DNA from: a virus
Virus record (IMG/VR): IMGVR_UViG_3300046457_000122
Span: 1-45,351 of that record
DNA length: 45,351 nucleotides
Direction: 5' to 3' (one strand)
Under the pieces are notes generated by a model. It made no database searches and was not told the DNA's origin. It was given only the letters and a program-made list of their open reading frames with translations. This document shows, in pieces, positions 17,819 to 26,696 of this stretch. Each line of letters starts with the position of its first letter. Position 1 is the first letter of the stretch. Position numbers and translations under genes: made by a program.

Positions 17819-17891
17819 TGGTACTTCCTCCTATCGGATAAGCTGCTATGGCTGGCAGCAGAGATAAGCAATATAAAAGGCGCTAGGATTC

Positions 17892-20012
17892 TCACCTAAC
17901 GCCCGCGGTATTCATTTGATTCATCAATCCTCCAGCTACTTTACTAGCTTCAATGTCCAGCTTCTGTTGCTGTACCTGCTGGTTGAACTCCCTGTCTTGC
18001 TGCTCCTGCATCTGCTTCTGGCTAGTCAACTCACCAAGCTGTTGTTGCATTTGCTGGTTCTGCTGCTGTAACTGACCAAACTGTTCTTGCATCTGCTGGA
18101 TTTGTTGTTGTAAGCCTGATTCCTCCTGCACACGACGCTTGATAACGTCCATAGGCTCCATACGTCCATTTTGGATGGTATAGCGGACAGCTTCGCCATC
18201 TATCATTGGCATCTGTGTTACTGGGTCCTGCATTTGAAGCATGTTGAAAGCCATCTGTATCCAGTATTCGCGGTCATGCGGCTTATCTGAGCTTATGTTG
18301 ACCAAGATATCAAATGATGGTACATACTCTTCGGTGACCTGCCTAACGTCTGGAATTGGCTCGCCTGTTTCAGGATCAACTGTCATTTCGCCAGTATCAT
18401 ACTCAGTCGCTACGCCGGATATGATCGAATCACGGCTTACGCTTATTGAACGCCCTGTGACACGCGCAATCCGTTCCTCTGTATAGAACTGAGCCATTAG
18501 CTCAATGTACTGCTCGTACATGTCCTGTAAAGCTTCTTCGATGGTATCCGTTACAGTATTCAGTCTCGTTGATGCAGCAGCCATAAGGGACTTGGCTTGC
18601 TCGCCTGACTTCACATCACTGCTAGCCTGACCATTCGCACTATCAAACTGCCCCGGTATCTTTTGGAGCATTTGCAGATAGTATTGCTGCATGTTAAGTA
18701 CAGTCGCTGGCACATCAACGCCTTGCAATTCTCTGATCTTATTACCTGAGATTGCACCATGAGCTGTAGGGAGCATAGCCCCCTCGATTGATCGTTGTTC
18801 TTTCCAGGTGTTTGGTTTGGTAATGGCGCCCTCTTCATACATAATTCCGCTGCCACCCTGCTTAGCCATCGTAGAAACGGCAAGCTCAGCAAACTTATTA
18901 AGCATGATTTGCGGCTTGATCATGTCCCTTACAAACCCTTTGCCCGATATATTACGTTCATCAGGAAACAACGTACGGGCTGTGAACGGATATTTGCCAT
19001 GATCGTATACATAGGCTTTGTGCTCTAGAAAAACGCCATCTGCACTTATGTAAATGCAGTGTATTCCATCCATATTGCCTTCTGATTTTGCGTAGGACTC
19101 TGATGGATCTTTGCCCTCTTCTAACTTTTTCTCAGCCTGTTCCCGGAAAATCTCTCTATCATCGGCGCTCACCATCTTAGGTAAGCCGCGATACCAATAC
19201 TCCAACAGACCAGCTGTTTGCGACTTCTCCAGCCCGGTGCCGTAACTGGCTCCATAATCTCGATTAAATCCCTCACTGCTCACGCCTGTATGGTTGAATA
19301 CTTCAATGTCATCTGTATCTTCATCAGATTTGACCTTTTTGCCTTGCGATGGAAAACGATCTTTGAAATACTCCAGCGTCTTGCGAGATTTAACGATAAC
19401 AGCGCCCATGTCCTGAAGGTTAATAAAGTCCTTCACCCTCGGATCAGGAAAGAATGTACCCAAATCCACCGGGATGATGTCGTTTTGACCTGTAAAGCGG
19501 TTCTGACCTCTTCCACCTTCAACCGTAGGGTCATAGATGGTTTTGAATATCAACGGACCGTGAATAACCATGCGCCGAATCGCCCGGATATACTTCTGTT
19601 TGAACTTAATTTGCCTGAGTTCATAAGGCATATAATCGTTCAAGTCAGATGCTTTCTGCTCGTCACCTTCCTCCTGTGCTTGAAAATCAGGATAAGGTGC
19701 CCAACCAGTAAGCTTGCCGACAATAGACTCCACTTGACTGTAGATGATGTTGTCTACGCTATTTGGACGCTTACGGGATACTGCTTCTGTTCGTAGCCCG
19801 TGCCAATGATCACCCATGTAGAAGCGCTGTTCTTCCTGCCAATGTGCTTCTATTGACTGCCTGCTGGACTTAAATTCGTTGAAATCCCTCTGCACCATAG
19901 CCACAATCTGCTGTTGCTGTGGTGTATTGATAGGCTCTACAGACGGCTTATCTTCTTCGGTTCCAAATATTCCAGCGAATTTATTCTTTGCCTTTTCTAG
20001 TACAGTTGACAT
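17892..20012 (-). CDS. portal protein
   Basis: 706 aa following the terminase genes. C-terminal Gln-rich coiled coil (QQIQQMQEQFGQLQQQNQQMQQQLGE). Confidence 0.7.
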   Translation of the reverse strand: MSTVLEKAKNKFAGIFGTEEDKPSVEPINTPQQQQIVAMVQRDFNEFKSSRQSIEAHWQEEQRFYMGDHWHGLRTEAVSRKRPNSVDNIIYSQVESIVGKLTGWAPYPDFQAQEEGDEQKASDLNDYMPYELRQIKFKQKYIRAIRRMVIHGPLIFKTIYDPTVEGGRGQNRFTGQNDIIPVDLGTFFPDPRVKDFINLQDMGAVIVKSRKTLEYFKDRFPSQGKKVKSDEDTDDIEVFNHTGVSSEGFNRDYGASYGTGLEKSQTAGLLEYWYRGLPKMVSADDREIFREQAEKKLEEGKDPSESYAKSEGNMDGIHCIYISADGVFLEHKAYVYDHGKYPFTARTLFPDERNISGKGFVRDMIKPQIMLNKFAELAVSTMAKQGGSGIMYEEGAITKPNTWKEQRSIEGAMLPTAHGAISGNKIRELQGVDVPATVLNMQQYYLQMLQKIPGQFDSANGQASSDVKSGEQAKSLMAAASTRLNTVTDTIEEALQDMYEQYIELMAQFYTEERIARVTGRSISVSRDSIISGVATEYDTGEMTVDPETGEPIPDVRQVTEEYVPSFDILVNISSDKPHDREYWIQMAFNMLQMQDPVTQMPMIDGEAVRYTIQNGRMEPMDVIKRRVQEESGLQQQIQQMQEQFGQLQQQNQQMQQQLGELTSQKQMQEQQDREFNQQVQQQKLDIEASKVAGGLMNQMNTAGVR

Positions 20013-20045
20013 CTAATCACCCCTTTCACGCAAAATAAAAAGCCG

Positions 20046-20297
20046 CTAGTGGCGACTTGTGTCTTTAATATCTTCAATGTCAGGATCGTCATGGTAGCTG
20101 AGTGCTTCACGCTTTGGCTTGTCATCTACTACTACAGGCTGCTGATATGCCTTATATTCCCCGTAGTCCTTAGCCATCAACTTATTGGTCAAGTCTCTTA
20201 TCGTGTCTTGTTGCACCCTTGTAATGCGGTATATAAGCACACCAGCAGCACATAGACCAACTGTAAATACACCAGCTATAAACTGTATGTCTGTCAT
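20046..20297 (-). CDS. membrane-anchored hypothetical protein
   Basis: 83 aa with an N-terminal TM helix IQFIAGVFTVGLCAAGVLIY. Between terL and the portal gene. Confidence 0.5.
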   Translation of the reverse strand: MTDIQFIAGVFTVGLCAAGVLIYRITRVQQDTIRDLTNKLMAKDYGEYKAYQQPVVVDDKPKREALSYHDDPDIEDIKDTSRH

Positions 20298-20306
20298 CGT
20301 CTCACC

Positions 20307-21899
20307 TCACCAAAATGTTTCTGAGCTTGATCCGTCTCTATCATCGTCGTCAGCATCAAAATCCCTATTCCCTTTGCCCTCCGGTATAGCAGCCCATGGC
20401 GTATCGTCATAAACCATCGTATGAACCAGTTCCCCAGCAATAGAGATGGTGTCCACCTGATCGTCATGTTTACCACGCGGGAAGCTCAATAGCTCATCCT
20501 CAAAGTCAGTTAACCATGGCGAATCCTCGCGGTGATAAACCTTGCCTACCTCATAACGTGCAGCTATCGGCAAGCTACGAGTAACCTTGTCCTTATCCAC
20601 TTTGATCGGCATCACACTCATGCCCTCGCGGGTCATCTCCTGTATCAAGTTGGTGCCAAAGGTCTTATCCTCAATTGCCTGAAATGCTGGCTTATATCGG
20701 TAGTTCTGTTCCTTCATCAATGGCTTCTGGTCAGGACCTGTGATGTGCGTCCGGTACACGTCATAAATCAATATGTCATTGTCTGGAGTAACATAAAAAG
20801 TCGTGACGACAAAGTAATCATTGATGGTCTTTTCACTGTTTGCAGTGTCAACCGTCTGGAATACTTTGCATCGCGACTTTTCGTATCGTTTCTCACCAAC
20901 GATGAAATATTTGGTTATGACGTGCTCTGTTTCCTCTTTAAAGTAACGGAAGTGCTTCCGCTTGAAGATTGTACCGCCTGCTGCGCTTGGTCTTTGCTGG
21001 TACAAGGCATTGAATACATATGAGCCAACGTCCGATTTAATCTGATCGAGACGCGGAACATCAAAGCCAAATTCAGGCCAAAGCGCCTCTCCAGGTTCTC
21101 GGCCTAAGTAATCATTGTCCTCAGCCAGTGCCGGGAAGTTGATTACCGTCCAACGCTCGCCCTTATGTGTTCCTTCACGTATCTCGTCAGCTTCTTTCTT
21201 GAGTAACCTACCTACCAAATCATCCTCATGCCATCGTGTCATAACGACTATAATGCGCCCGTCAGGCGTTAAACGTGTGTACAGTGTTGATGTGTACCAA
21301 CTCCATAGTCCCTCACGTATAACCTCACTGTTGGCTTCCTCAGCGTTTTTTAACGGGTCATCAATAATCGCTATGCGTGCTCCCTTACCAGTGATAGGAC
21401 CACCAACACCAGCAGCATTCACACCACCACGATATCCATCTATGCCCCATGATTCAGCAGATTGCCGGGCAGATGATATCTTAACGCCAAATACAGATTC
21501 ACGGTCAACAAAGGTATCTCGTGCAATCCGGTTATTGTCTCGGCTCAGTGACAGCGCGTAGGATGCTAGGATTATTTCATCATTTGGGTTCCTTCCAATG
21601 TGCCATGCAGGGAACTTCTTGCTCACTCGTTCGCTCTTACCATGCCGCGGTGGCATCGTGACAATCAATCGTTTGATCTTGCCGACAGACACATCCATAA
21701 GCGCCTTATCAAGCACATCCAAATGCTTGCCCTCTGCGTCCCTACCCTCACTATCGTAGTCAATGAAGAAGCTAAAATCATGCTTGGCTAATATCTCCCA
21801 TTGCCTACTGAGTGGTACTGGCTTGCCGTTTCCATAGCTGTTTAAGAAGTTCTGCACTGTCTGCGTCTGTTGTGATGATTTGTTCGACAGTGTACTCAT
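20307..21899 (-). CDS. terL: terminase large subunit
   Basis: Walker-A-like VTMPPRHGKSE and Walker-B-like ARIAIIDDP, with an acidic nuclease-type C-terminal half. ATG 21899 after GAGGTGA. Overlaps terS by 95 nt. Confidence 0.85.
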   Translation of the reverse strand: MSTLSNKSSQQTQTVQNFLNSYGNGKPVPLSRQWEILAKHDFSFFIDYDSEGRDAEGKHLDVLDKALMDVSVGKIKRLIVTMPPRHGKSERVSKKFPAWHIGRNPNDEIILASYALSLSRDNNRIARDTFVDRESVFGVKISSARQSAESWGIDGYRGGVNAAGVGGPITGKGARIAIIDDPLKNAEEANSEVIREGLWSWYTSTLYTRLTPDGRIIVVMTRWHEDDLVGRLLKKEADEIREGTHKGERWTVINFPALAEDNDYLGREPGEALWPEFGFDVPRLDQIKSDVGSYVFNALYQQRPSAAGGTIFKRKHFRYFKEETEHVITKYFIVGEKRYEKSRCKVFQTVDTANSEKTINDYFVVTTFYVTPDNDILIYDVYRTHITGPDQKPLMKEQNYRYKPAFQAIEDKTFGTNLIQEMTREGMSVMPIKVDKDKVTRSLPIAARYEVGKVYHREDSPWLTDFEDELLSFPRGKHDDQVDTISIAGELVHTMVYDDTPWAAIPEGKGNRDFDADDDDRDGSSSETFW

Positions 21900-22269
21900 G
21901 ATTGTGATTCACCTCGCCCTGCACATCTGCAACCATTTTGTCGACTGGTTTGTACCCAGCTCTATCAAGCAAATCCCTTGCCGCAACCAATCTATCCTTT
22001 GGCTGTACAGCAGGATCATTCATGATATCTTTCATCACTTCATACGCCTTAACAGCATCTTCTGCGAACATCATGCGCAAGTCCTTGTTAATACTTTGTT
22101 GAGTATTGTTAAGATACTGTTGAACTTCAACACTTTTCAGCAGTCTACTTGCTTGGCTATATGCCGACTTTTCAGAGTACCCAGCTGCTATTGCGGCGGC
22201 TGTACCATTGCCACCATTCTTGATGTACTCCGTCACAAATAGCATAATTTGCGGTCTCAGCTCTGCCAT
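21805..22269 (-). CDS. terS: terminase small subunit
   Basis: LFVTEYIKNGGNGTAAAIAAGYSEKSAYSQASRLLK matches the Terminase_2-type N-terminal HTH. RBS GAGAGGAGGTAG. Confidence 0.7.
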   Translation of the reverse strand: MAELRPQIMLFVTEYIKNGGNGTAAAIAAGYSEKSAYSQASRLLKSVEVQQYLNNTQQSINKDLRMMFAEDAVKAYEVMKDIMNDPAVQPKDRLVAARDLLDRAGYKPVDKMVADVQGEVNHNHEYTVEQIITTDADSAELLKQLWKRQASTTQ

Positions 22270-22273
22270 GTGT

Positions 22274-22444
22274 CTACCTCCTCTCTCCGAAACAACTGTA
22301 ACACTGTAGCGCCATCATCAACGCTATACATCCCGGTAACCAACCTATCCTAATGGCTATACGCATGTACCATGGGAACTCCCTTAGATCAAACATATAG
22401 CTTCCTACGAAGTGCCAGATGCCTATACATAGTAATAGAATCAT
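22274..22444 (-). CDS. small two-TM membrane protein (56 aa, below the ORF-track cutoff)
   Basis: GGGAGAAAG RBS, ATG 22444. MILLLCIGIWHFVGSYMFDLREFPWYMRIAIRIGWLPGCIALMMALQCYSCFGERR. Its stop lies within the terS RBS. Confidence 0.45.
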   Translation of the reverse strand: MILLLCIGIWHFVGSYMFDLREFPWYMRIAIRIGWLPGCIALMMALQCYSCFGERR

Positions 22445-22517
22445 GTTGCCTACTTTCTCCCGTGTACCTTACTTTACCGTCACCACTCGGTGTTTCGGGT
22501 TTAGATTACGGGATGAG

Positions 22518-22910
22518 TTACTGTTTAATTTCTAAAACAATTGCTGGTCCCTTGATTATGCAACCAACTTCACCTTCAATAATTTTAACTTCTCCTTCTT
22601 CAGAAACTTTATATTTATGCACGCCAGTTCTCGCTTCCAATTCTTTTAGTAACTGTTTTGCACTGTATTCCATCAAAATCACTTCTTTTTCTTCTCTTGT
22701 GAGATCACGAAAATTAAATGATTTATCTTCAAACACACCTTTTGATGGTTCTGAACTTCTACATAGATTACTCACTTGTTGCACTTCTCCATAGCTATAA
22801 GGAAACTTAGCTAGTTTGTACATCTTTGGGTACTTCTCCTCAAACAATCGTTCATATTCCAATAATTCCTCTGGTGTTCCTTCTAACGTTCCATCTTTGT
22901 GAAGTTTCAT
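22518..22910 (-). CDS. hypothetical protein (130 aa)
   Basis: ORF with AAGGAGGGA RBS. No family recognised. Confidence 0.6.
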   Translation of the reverse strand: MKLHKDGTLEGTPEELLEYERLFEEKYPKMYKLAKFPYSYGEVQQVSNLCRSSEPSKGVFEDKSFNFRDLTREEKEVILMEYSAKQLLKELEARTGVHKYKVSEEGEVKIIEGEVGCIIKGPAIVLEIKQ

Positions 22911-23004
22911 TGTTATATCCCTCCTTATAGGAAAACCCTCTATACGGCTGCCGCTTCGCTAGGTGATTCGGTCGCCTCGATGACCTTCGGTAAAACACAA
23001 CACC

Positions 23005-23208
23005 CTACAGTAGATGTTTTAATTTCTCGTATGCCGTTGTACCTTCTTGAACTGTAATATCAAGGTGTTCCAAAATTAATTTAATATCCTCAATTGTCTG
23101 CACCTTTTCCATATTAATTTTATGGAACACATTCAGAGTAAATAAATTCCTATTATCATTGTTCAATAGAAATGGATGTTGCGCATTCTTTGGCTCCTCT
23201 TTGTCCAT
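23005..23208 (-). CDS. hypothetical protein (67 aa)
   Basis: The best start is ATG 23208 after GGAAAGGAGAAC. Confidence 0.5.
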   Translation of the reverse strand: MDKEEPKNAQHPFLLNNDNRNLFTLNVFHKINMEKVQTIEDIKLILEHLDITVQEGTTAYEKLKHLL

Positions 23209-23249
23209 TTTGTTCTCCTTTCCTATAAACAAAAAGAGCAGCACATTCG

Positions 23250-23402
23250 CTACTCTTCCGGTTTATATTCGATTAGCCATACGCCATGAACATATTTAGC
23301 CTTTAACCTTCCGTCTTCACACATGCGCTGAACTGTCCTGACATTAATACCTGTTTGCATCGCATAACCTTTAACAGTTGTTACACAGTCCAGCGGCGTT
23401 AC
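23250..23402 (-). CDS. excisionase/MerR-like winged-HTH module without its own plausible start codon
   Basis: Reading frame VTPLDCVTTVKGYAMQTGINVRTVQRMCEDGRLKAKYVHGVWLIEYKPEE. The only ATG (23360) would delete helix 1. The frame is reached by a -1 shift from 23399..23617. Confidence 0.45.
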   Translation of the reverse strand, partial: VTPLDCVTTVKGYAMQTGINVRTVQRMCEDGRLKAKYVHGVWLIEYKPEE

Positions 23403-23617
23403 TTTTTTTCAACGTAAATCGTGTTGCCCATTCCGTCTTCCCAACCGTTTACATCTTCTCCGGCATCTAGATCCTCGATAATCTGAGCTTGATTGTCCAG
23501 ATCGGGGGGCGTGATGCTGAAAAGTGTTTCTCCATCCTGTACTACTTCAAACTGATGCAAGTCATGATCAAAAGCAACCTCTACAACAGTGTATCCTTCG
23601 CGTTCCCATGTTCTCAT
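23399..23617 (-). CDS. hypothetical acidic protein (72 aa) ending in the slippery site A_AAA_AAG
   Basis: RBS GAGGTGAAAGGGG. First ORF after the promoter at 23689..23717. Last codons are GTT GAA AAA AAG TAA. Confidence 0.6.
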   Translation of the reverse strand: MRTWEREGYTVVEVAFDHDLHQFEVVQDGETLFSITPPDLDNQAQIIEDLDAGEDVNGWEDGMGNTIYVEKK

Positions 23618-23688
23618 TTAAATCTTCCCCTTTCACCTCATCCAGTTTATCTGGCTTGTTGGTGTCGTATGTACGACTTGTTGATATA

Positions 23689-23717
23689 AATATAACTCTT
23701 TGTCGCACATACGTCAA
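23689..23717 (-). promoter_or_regulatory. near-consensus sigma-A-type promoter facing the packaging genes
   Basis: Minus strand TTGACG-17 nt-TATATT. Confidence 0.5.
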
Positions 23718-23742
23718 TAGGGTTTAGAAATAAAATTTTGGT

Positions 23743-23778
23743 GTGAAAACAAAAAGAGCAACGGCTACCCGTTACCCT
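23743..23778 (-). terminator. rho-independent terminator downstream of arpU
   Basis: 10-bp stem AGGGTAACGG-gtag-CCGTTGCTCT (two G.U pairs) followed by TTTTGTTTT on the minus strand. Confidence 0.55.
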
Positions 23779-24031
23779 CTCTGTACAGATATCATTTTTG
23801 ATGTGGACAAGGGACTTTCACCCTTGCATGCAAACTTTGGGTTTTGGCTTACGCCTGCTCACTTTGTTCGCGTAATGCGATTAGCTGCGTCTATCTTCCG
23901 CCACCACATCAGTATTGTGAAGAAACAGCGTGGACAGCGACTGCGCATTTAGCTACCGTTGCCCATCGCATATTTCCTATACTACTATCTTAGCATTTTG
24001 CTTGATGCATTTGTGTGCAAAAATGCGGCAT

Positions 24032-24463
24032 TTATGCTGGTTCTACGTGACTCCAATTCGGATCAAACATGTGATCAATGTTGTTAATTTCCTCTTCATC
24101 CTCCGTCAATGGATCTAACGCAATGGACAACCGTCTGATTGCTTGAGTGTGCCATCTGCCTACTGTTGTTCGATCCTTGTGTATGACATTTGAAATCTCT
24201 CCTATTGTCATAGGATTGCGGTCTAGATACTTACGCATAATTACGGAACGCTGATCATCGTTCAAAACGTAGTTTACAGCTCCATCAATCATGTTGACAA
24301 TGCGGTTGTATCTTGCCCTATCCCATGAATCAGGATTCTTTTTTCGCTCTGATATAACCAACGGCAGCCTAATTGCATCGTCATCTTTCCCACAGTTTTG
24401 TACTGCATACCGATATGAACGGTAGTTCTTCAATAACCTTGTCACTTGGTTGTGTTCCATCAC
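24032..24463 (-). CDS. arpU: ArpU-family late transcription regulator
   Basis: LLKNYRSYRYA N-terminus and a sigma-70 region-4-like C-terminus (DDQRSVIMRKYLDRNPMTIGEISNVIHKDRTTVGRWHTQAIRRL). Last gene before the packaging module. Confidence 0.6.
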   Translation of the reverse strand: MMEHNQVTRLLKNYRSYRYAVQNCGKDDDAIRLPLVISERKKNPDSWDRARYNRIVNMIDGAVNYVLNDDQRSVIMRKYLDRNPMTIGEISNVIHKDRTTVGRWHTQAIRRLSIALDPLTEDEEEINNIDHMFDPNWSHVEPA

Positions 24464-24720
24464 ATTCCCTCCTTCAACTCTACTAATGGCACAAAAGCAA
24501 CTTCTCTGTACCCTTCATATACCTTATATTCTTCTATCAGATGAAATGATGGCTTGGTCCATCGGTTTATACTCCATCCATGCCGTTCAAAGTCGAAGTA
24601 CACCAGCAGCGTGCCTGTTGCCTCTTCGTCCTTCAAATCAATCATCACAGCGTATGGATGCTCTATCCCAGGATGATTAAGCTGATAATGCTGCATCACG
24701 CTTTTATCACGTTTAAGCAT
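24460..24720 (-). CDS. hypothetical protein (86 aa)
   Basis: ORF whose stop overlaps the arpU start (ATGA coupling). Confidence 0.6.
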   Translation of the reverse strand: MLKRDKSVMQHYQLNHPGIEHPYAVMIDLKDEEATGTLLVYFDFERHGWSINRWTKPSFHLIEEYKVYEGYREVAFVPLVELKEGM

Positions 24721-24750
24721 GTTTACCCTTCTTTTAGGAAAAGGCAGCCG

Positions 24751-25644
24751 TTAGGCTACCTCCTCTGGTCTCTTCACCATTTTTTCCACAATAACTACGC
24801 GTCTTTTGAGTTCTTCAAACTCTTCCCGCGTAACTGTCTGTCCTGCCACCGACTCACTAACGTTCCCTTTAGCCACTCCGTCGGCTGTGTCTTCTTCGGT
24901 TTGAAACTGTGACGGCAATTCTACTACTGTTCCTGCCGTGTCCACACTCTCCCCAGGTTGTGCCAGATCCTCATTAGCACGTTTTGATTCCTCGGCTGCT
25001 CTTCGAAACTGCTCGGCCTCTTGGGCCGTTACCTCCCGATACTTACCTTTTTCCAGCCATGTGAATGTGATTGGTTCATCCGTTTCAGCCAGTTTAGCGG
25101 TAAACTGCGAACCCTTGTTATCCGTTTGATGTACATCATAGATAGCTGGACGCGACTGCTTGAATTTCTCCATCTCTTCAGCGAGGTTTGTTGCCAAGTT
25201 TGTGTCAATGACACGAGTCGCGGCTTTAGCGCCAATAGCAATTTCAGTACGCAGATCCTGTAAATGATCATTCAGACGTTCAATCTCAGTTTTAGCAGTA
25301 GCCAACTCGGAAGCAGCTGCATCCCGTTTCGTCGTAATGTCCTCAATCTCCAGCTTGGCATTGCTCAATTCCGTTTTAGCTTGAGCCAGTTTGTCCGACA
25401 TTTCGTTATTCTCAGCAATAAGCTTTGCAATTTGCTCCTCATATTCCTTTTGAAGCTCATTAATTCGTTCTTTATACCCAATAGTCATAGTTTCCGTTTT
25501 AGCCTCAATTGCTAAGCGAATAGCTTTATATGCCCCTTCGTCGGTAAAAAAGCTTTCTACGTTTACTCCCGCCGTATTGACGCTATCCAGCAGATATTTA
25601 GTAGGTTGTTGCTCTTCTTGTGTTTCAATAATTTGGTCTGTCAT
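24751..25644 (-). CDS. coiled-coil protein, function unknown
   Basis: The best start is ATG 25644 after GAGGTG. Long heptad-like region (ELQKEYEEQIAKLIAENNEMSDKLAQAKTELSNAKLEIEDI). Confidence 0.6.
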   Translation of the reverse strand: MTDQIIETQEEQQPTKYLLDSVNTAGVNVESFFTDEGAYKAIRLAIEAKTETMTIGYKERINELQKEYEEQIAKLIAENNEMSDKLAQAKTELSNAKLEIEDITTKRDAAASELATAKTEIERLNDHLQDLRTEIAIGAKAATRVIDTNLATNLAEEMEKFKQSRPAIYDVHQTDNKGSQFTAKLAETDEPITFTWLEKGKYREVTAQEAEQFRRAAEESKRANEDLAQPGESVDTAGTVVELPSQFQTEEDTADGVAKGNVSESVAGQTVTREEFEELKRRVVIVEKMVKRPEEVA

Positions 25645-25764
25645 GCTACTACACACCTCAATCCGATTATTTTCATCTCTATACTATGATTATACCATAT
25701 ATAGTGCCGTTATAGTACATTTTTCGCACTATTACACAACATTTCGTATGCATGTAAGACTTGA

Positions 25765-25833
25765 CTACCTCAAATATTTACGTATGGCGACCATCACAAT
25801 TGCGTAAATCAATAACGCTGCTATTAAATCCAT
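25765..25833 (-). CDS. possible 22-aa hydrophobic peptide
   Basis: MDLIAALLIYAIVMVAIRKYLR. ATG lies 1 nt after the upstream stop, with AGGAGC 5 nt upstream. Confidence 0.3.
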   Translation of the reverse strand: MDLIAALLIYAIVMVAIRKYLR

Positions 25834-25834
25834 G

Positions 25835-26032
25835 TTAAGCTCCTATTTGTTTATCTGGTGGTTTGCCTATGAATCTATGACCATCCATTTTAAACCACGT
25901 AGCAGGCTCGTAGAGACCTTTTAACTTTTTCCCTAGTATTCGGTCATCCATCACCAGTAACACGCCTATACGAGTCCCAGAATCGTCCATAAGGGTATAT
26001 CCGTCTTTGTGGTTGATCCAACATGCTATCAT
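25835..26032 (-). CDS. hypothetical protein (65 aa)
   Basis: ATG 26032 in an ATGA overlap with the rusA stop, after GGGAGGTAG. Confidence 0.5.
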   Translation of the reverse strand: MIACWINHKDGYTLMDDSGTRIGVLLVMDDRILGKKLKGLYEPATWFKMDGHRFIGKPPDKQIGA

Positions 26033-26436
26033 GCTGCTTCTACCTCCCATACTTTGATAACGGTTCGTGGTCGTTCGGAATAATACTTACGCGTGATAAG
26101 GACAACAACTCGGTTATCATCTTTCCAAGCTATTTTATTTAGAGCATCAAAAATTCCTTTGACACAATTATCAATATCAGGCTTGACTATAGGGAATATT
26201 TTACCTTTCAGCGCCTCATCTCTTTTCTTCTTGCTCCAGCTTTTCGGTACTGGATAATAGAATCCGATCTCTGTTCCTACAGGTCCTGATAATGGCTTAT
26301 CAAACTTCTTTCTCGCCAAGTAACCAATCTTAGTTTTGTAGGTGAGGTAATTTTGTGCTGACGGGTTTTTCCACTTGCTCCGTCGCGTCATACGAACTGC
26401 ACCCATTGGCGTAATGTCTACCTCAAACGTTATCAT
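26029..26436 (-). CDS. rusA: RusA-family Holliday junction resolvase
   Basis: VKPDIDNCVKGIFDALNKIAWKDDNRVV catalytic-Asp motif, 135 aa. Confidence 0.8.
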   Translation of the reverse strand: MITFEVDITPMGAVRMTRRSKWKNPSAQNYLTYKTKIGYLARKKFDKPLSGPVGTEIGFYYPVPKSWSKKKRDEALKGKIFPIVKPDIDNCVKGIFDALNKIAWKDDNRVVVLITRKYYSERPRTVIKVWEVEAA

Positions 26437-26696
26437 GCTACGCCTCCTTGGTTGTCTTTATTGAGCTTGTCCAATTCATGTACTACTCTCGCTTTTGATA
26501 TACCGACCTTTTTGGCGATCTCTGAGCGTCGTACACCTGCCTTTGCTTGCTGGCTAATATATTTGCTTATCTCAGGTGTGAGTGGTTCATACAGGCTTGC
26601 TATGAGCTTATCTGCGGTCTGTGGTAGCTTCTGGGTTTTAACTGGCTGTGCCTGCTCCCGTATAGATCCACCTGTACGATAATGCTTTTTCATCAT
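26433..26696 (-). CDS. small HTH DNA-binding protein
   Basis: RRSEIAKKVGISKARVVHELDKL helix-turn-helix. Translationally coupled on both sides. Confidence 0.5.
   Translation of the reverse strand: MMKKHYRTGGSIREQAQPVKTQKLPQTADKLIASLYEPLTPEISKYISQQAKAGVRRSEIAKKVGISKARVVHELDKLNKDNQGGVA

Noticed and set aside
18241-21791. Plus-strand ORFs inside the portal and terL genes (for example 19218..19796 and 20532..21023)
   Set aside because: They are antisense to genes with clear family motifs, and have no translation signals.
23743-24118. Plus-strand ORFs 23743..23952 and 23930..24118 in the arpU-downstream gap
   Set aside because: They have no RBS and a Cys/Arg/His-rich composition, run antisense to the operon direction, and overlap the predicted terminator and arpU.
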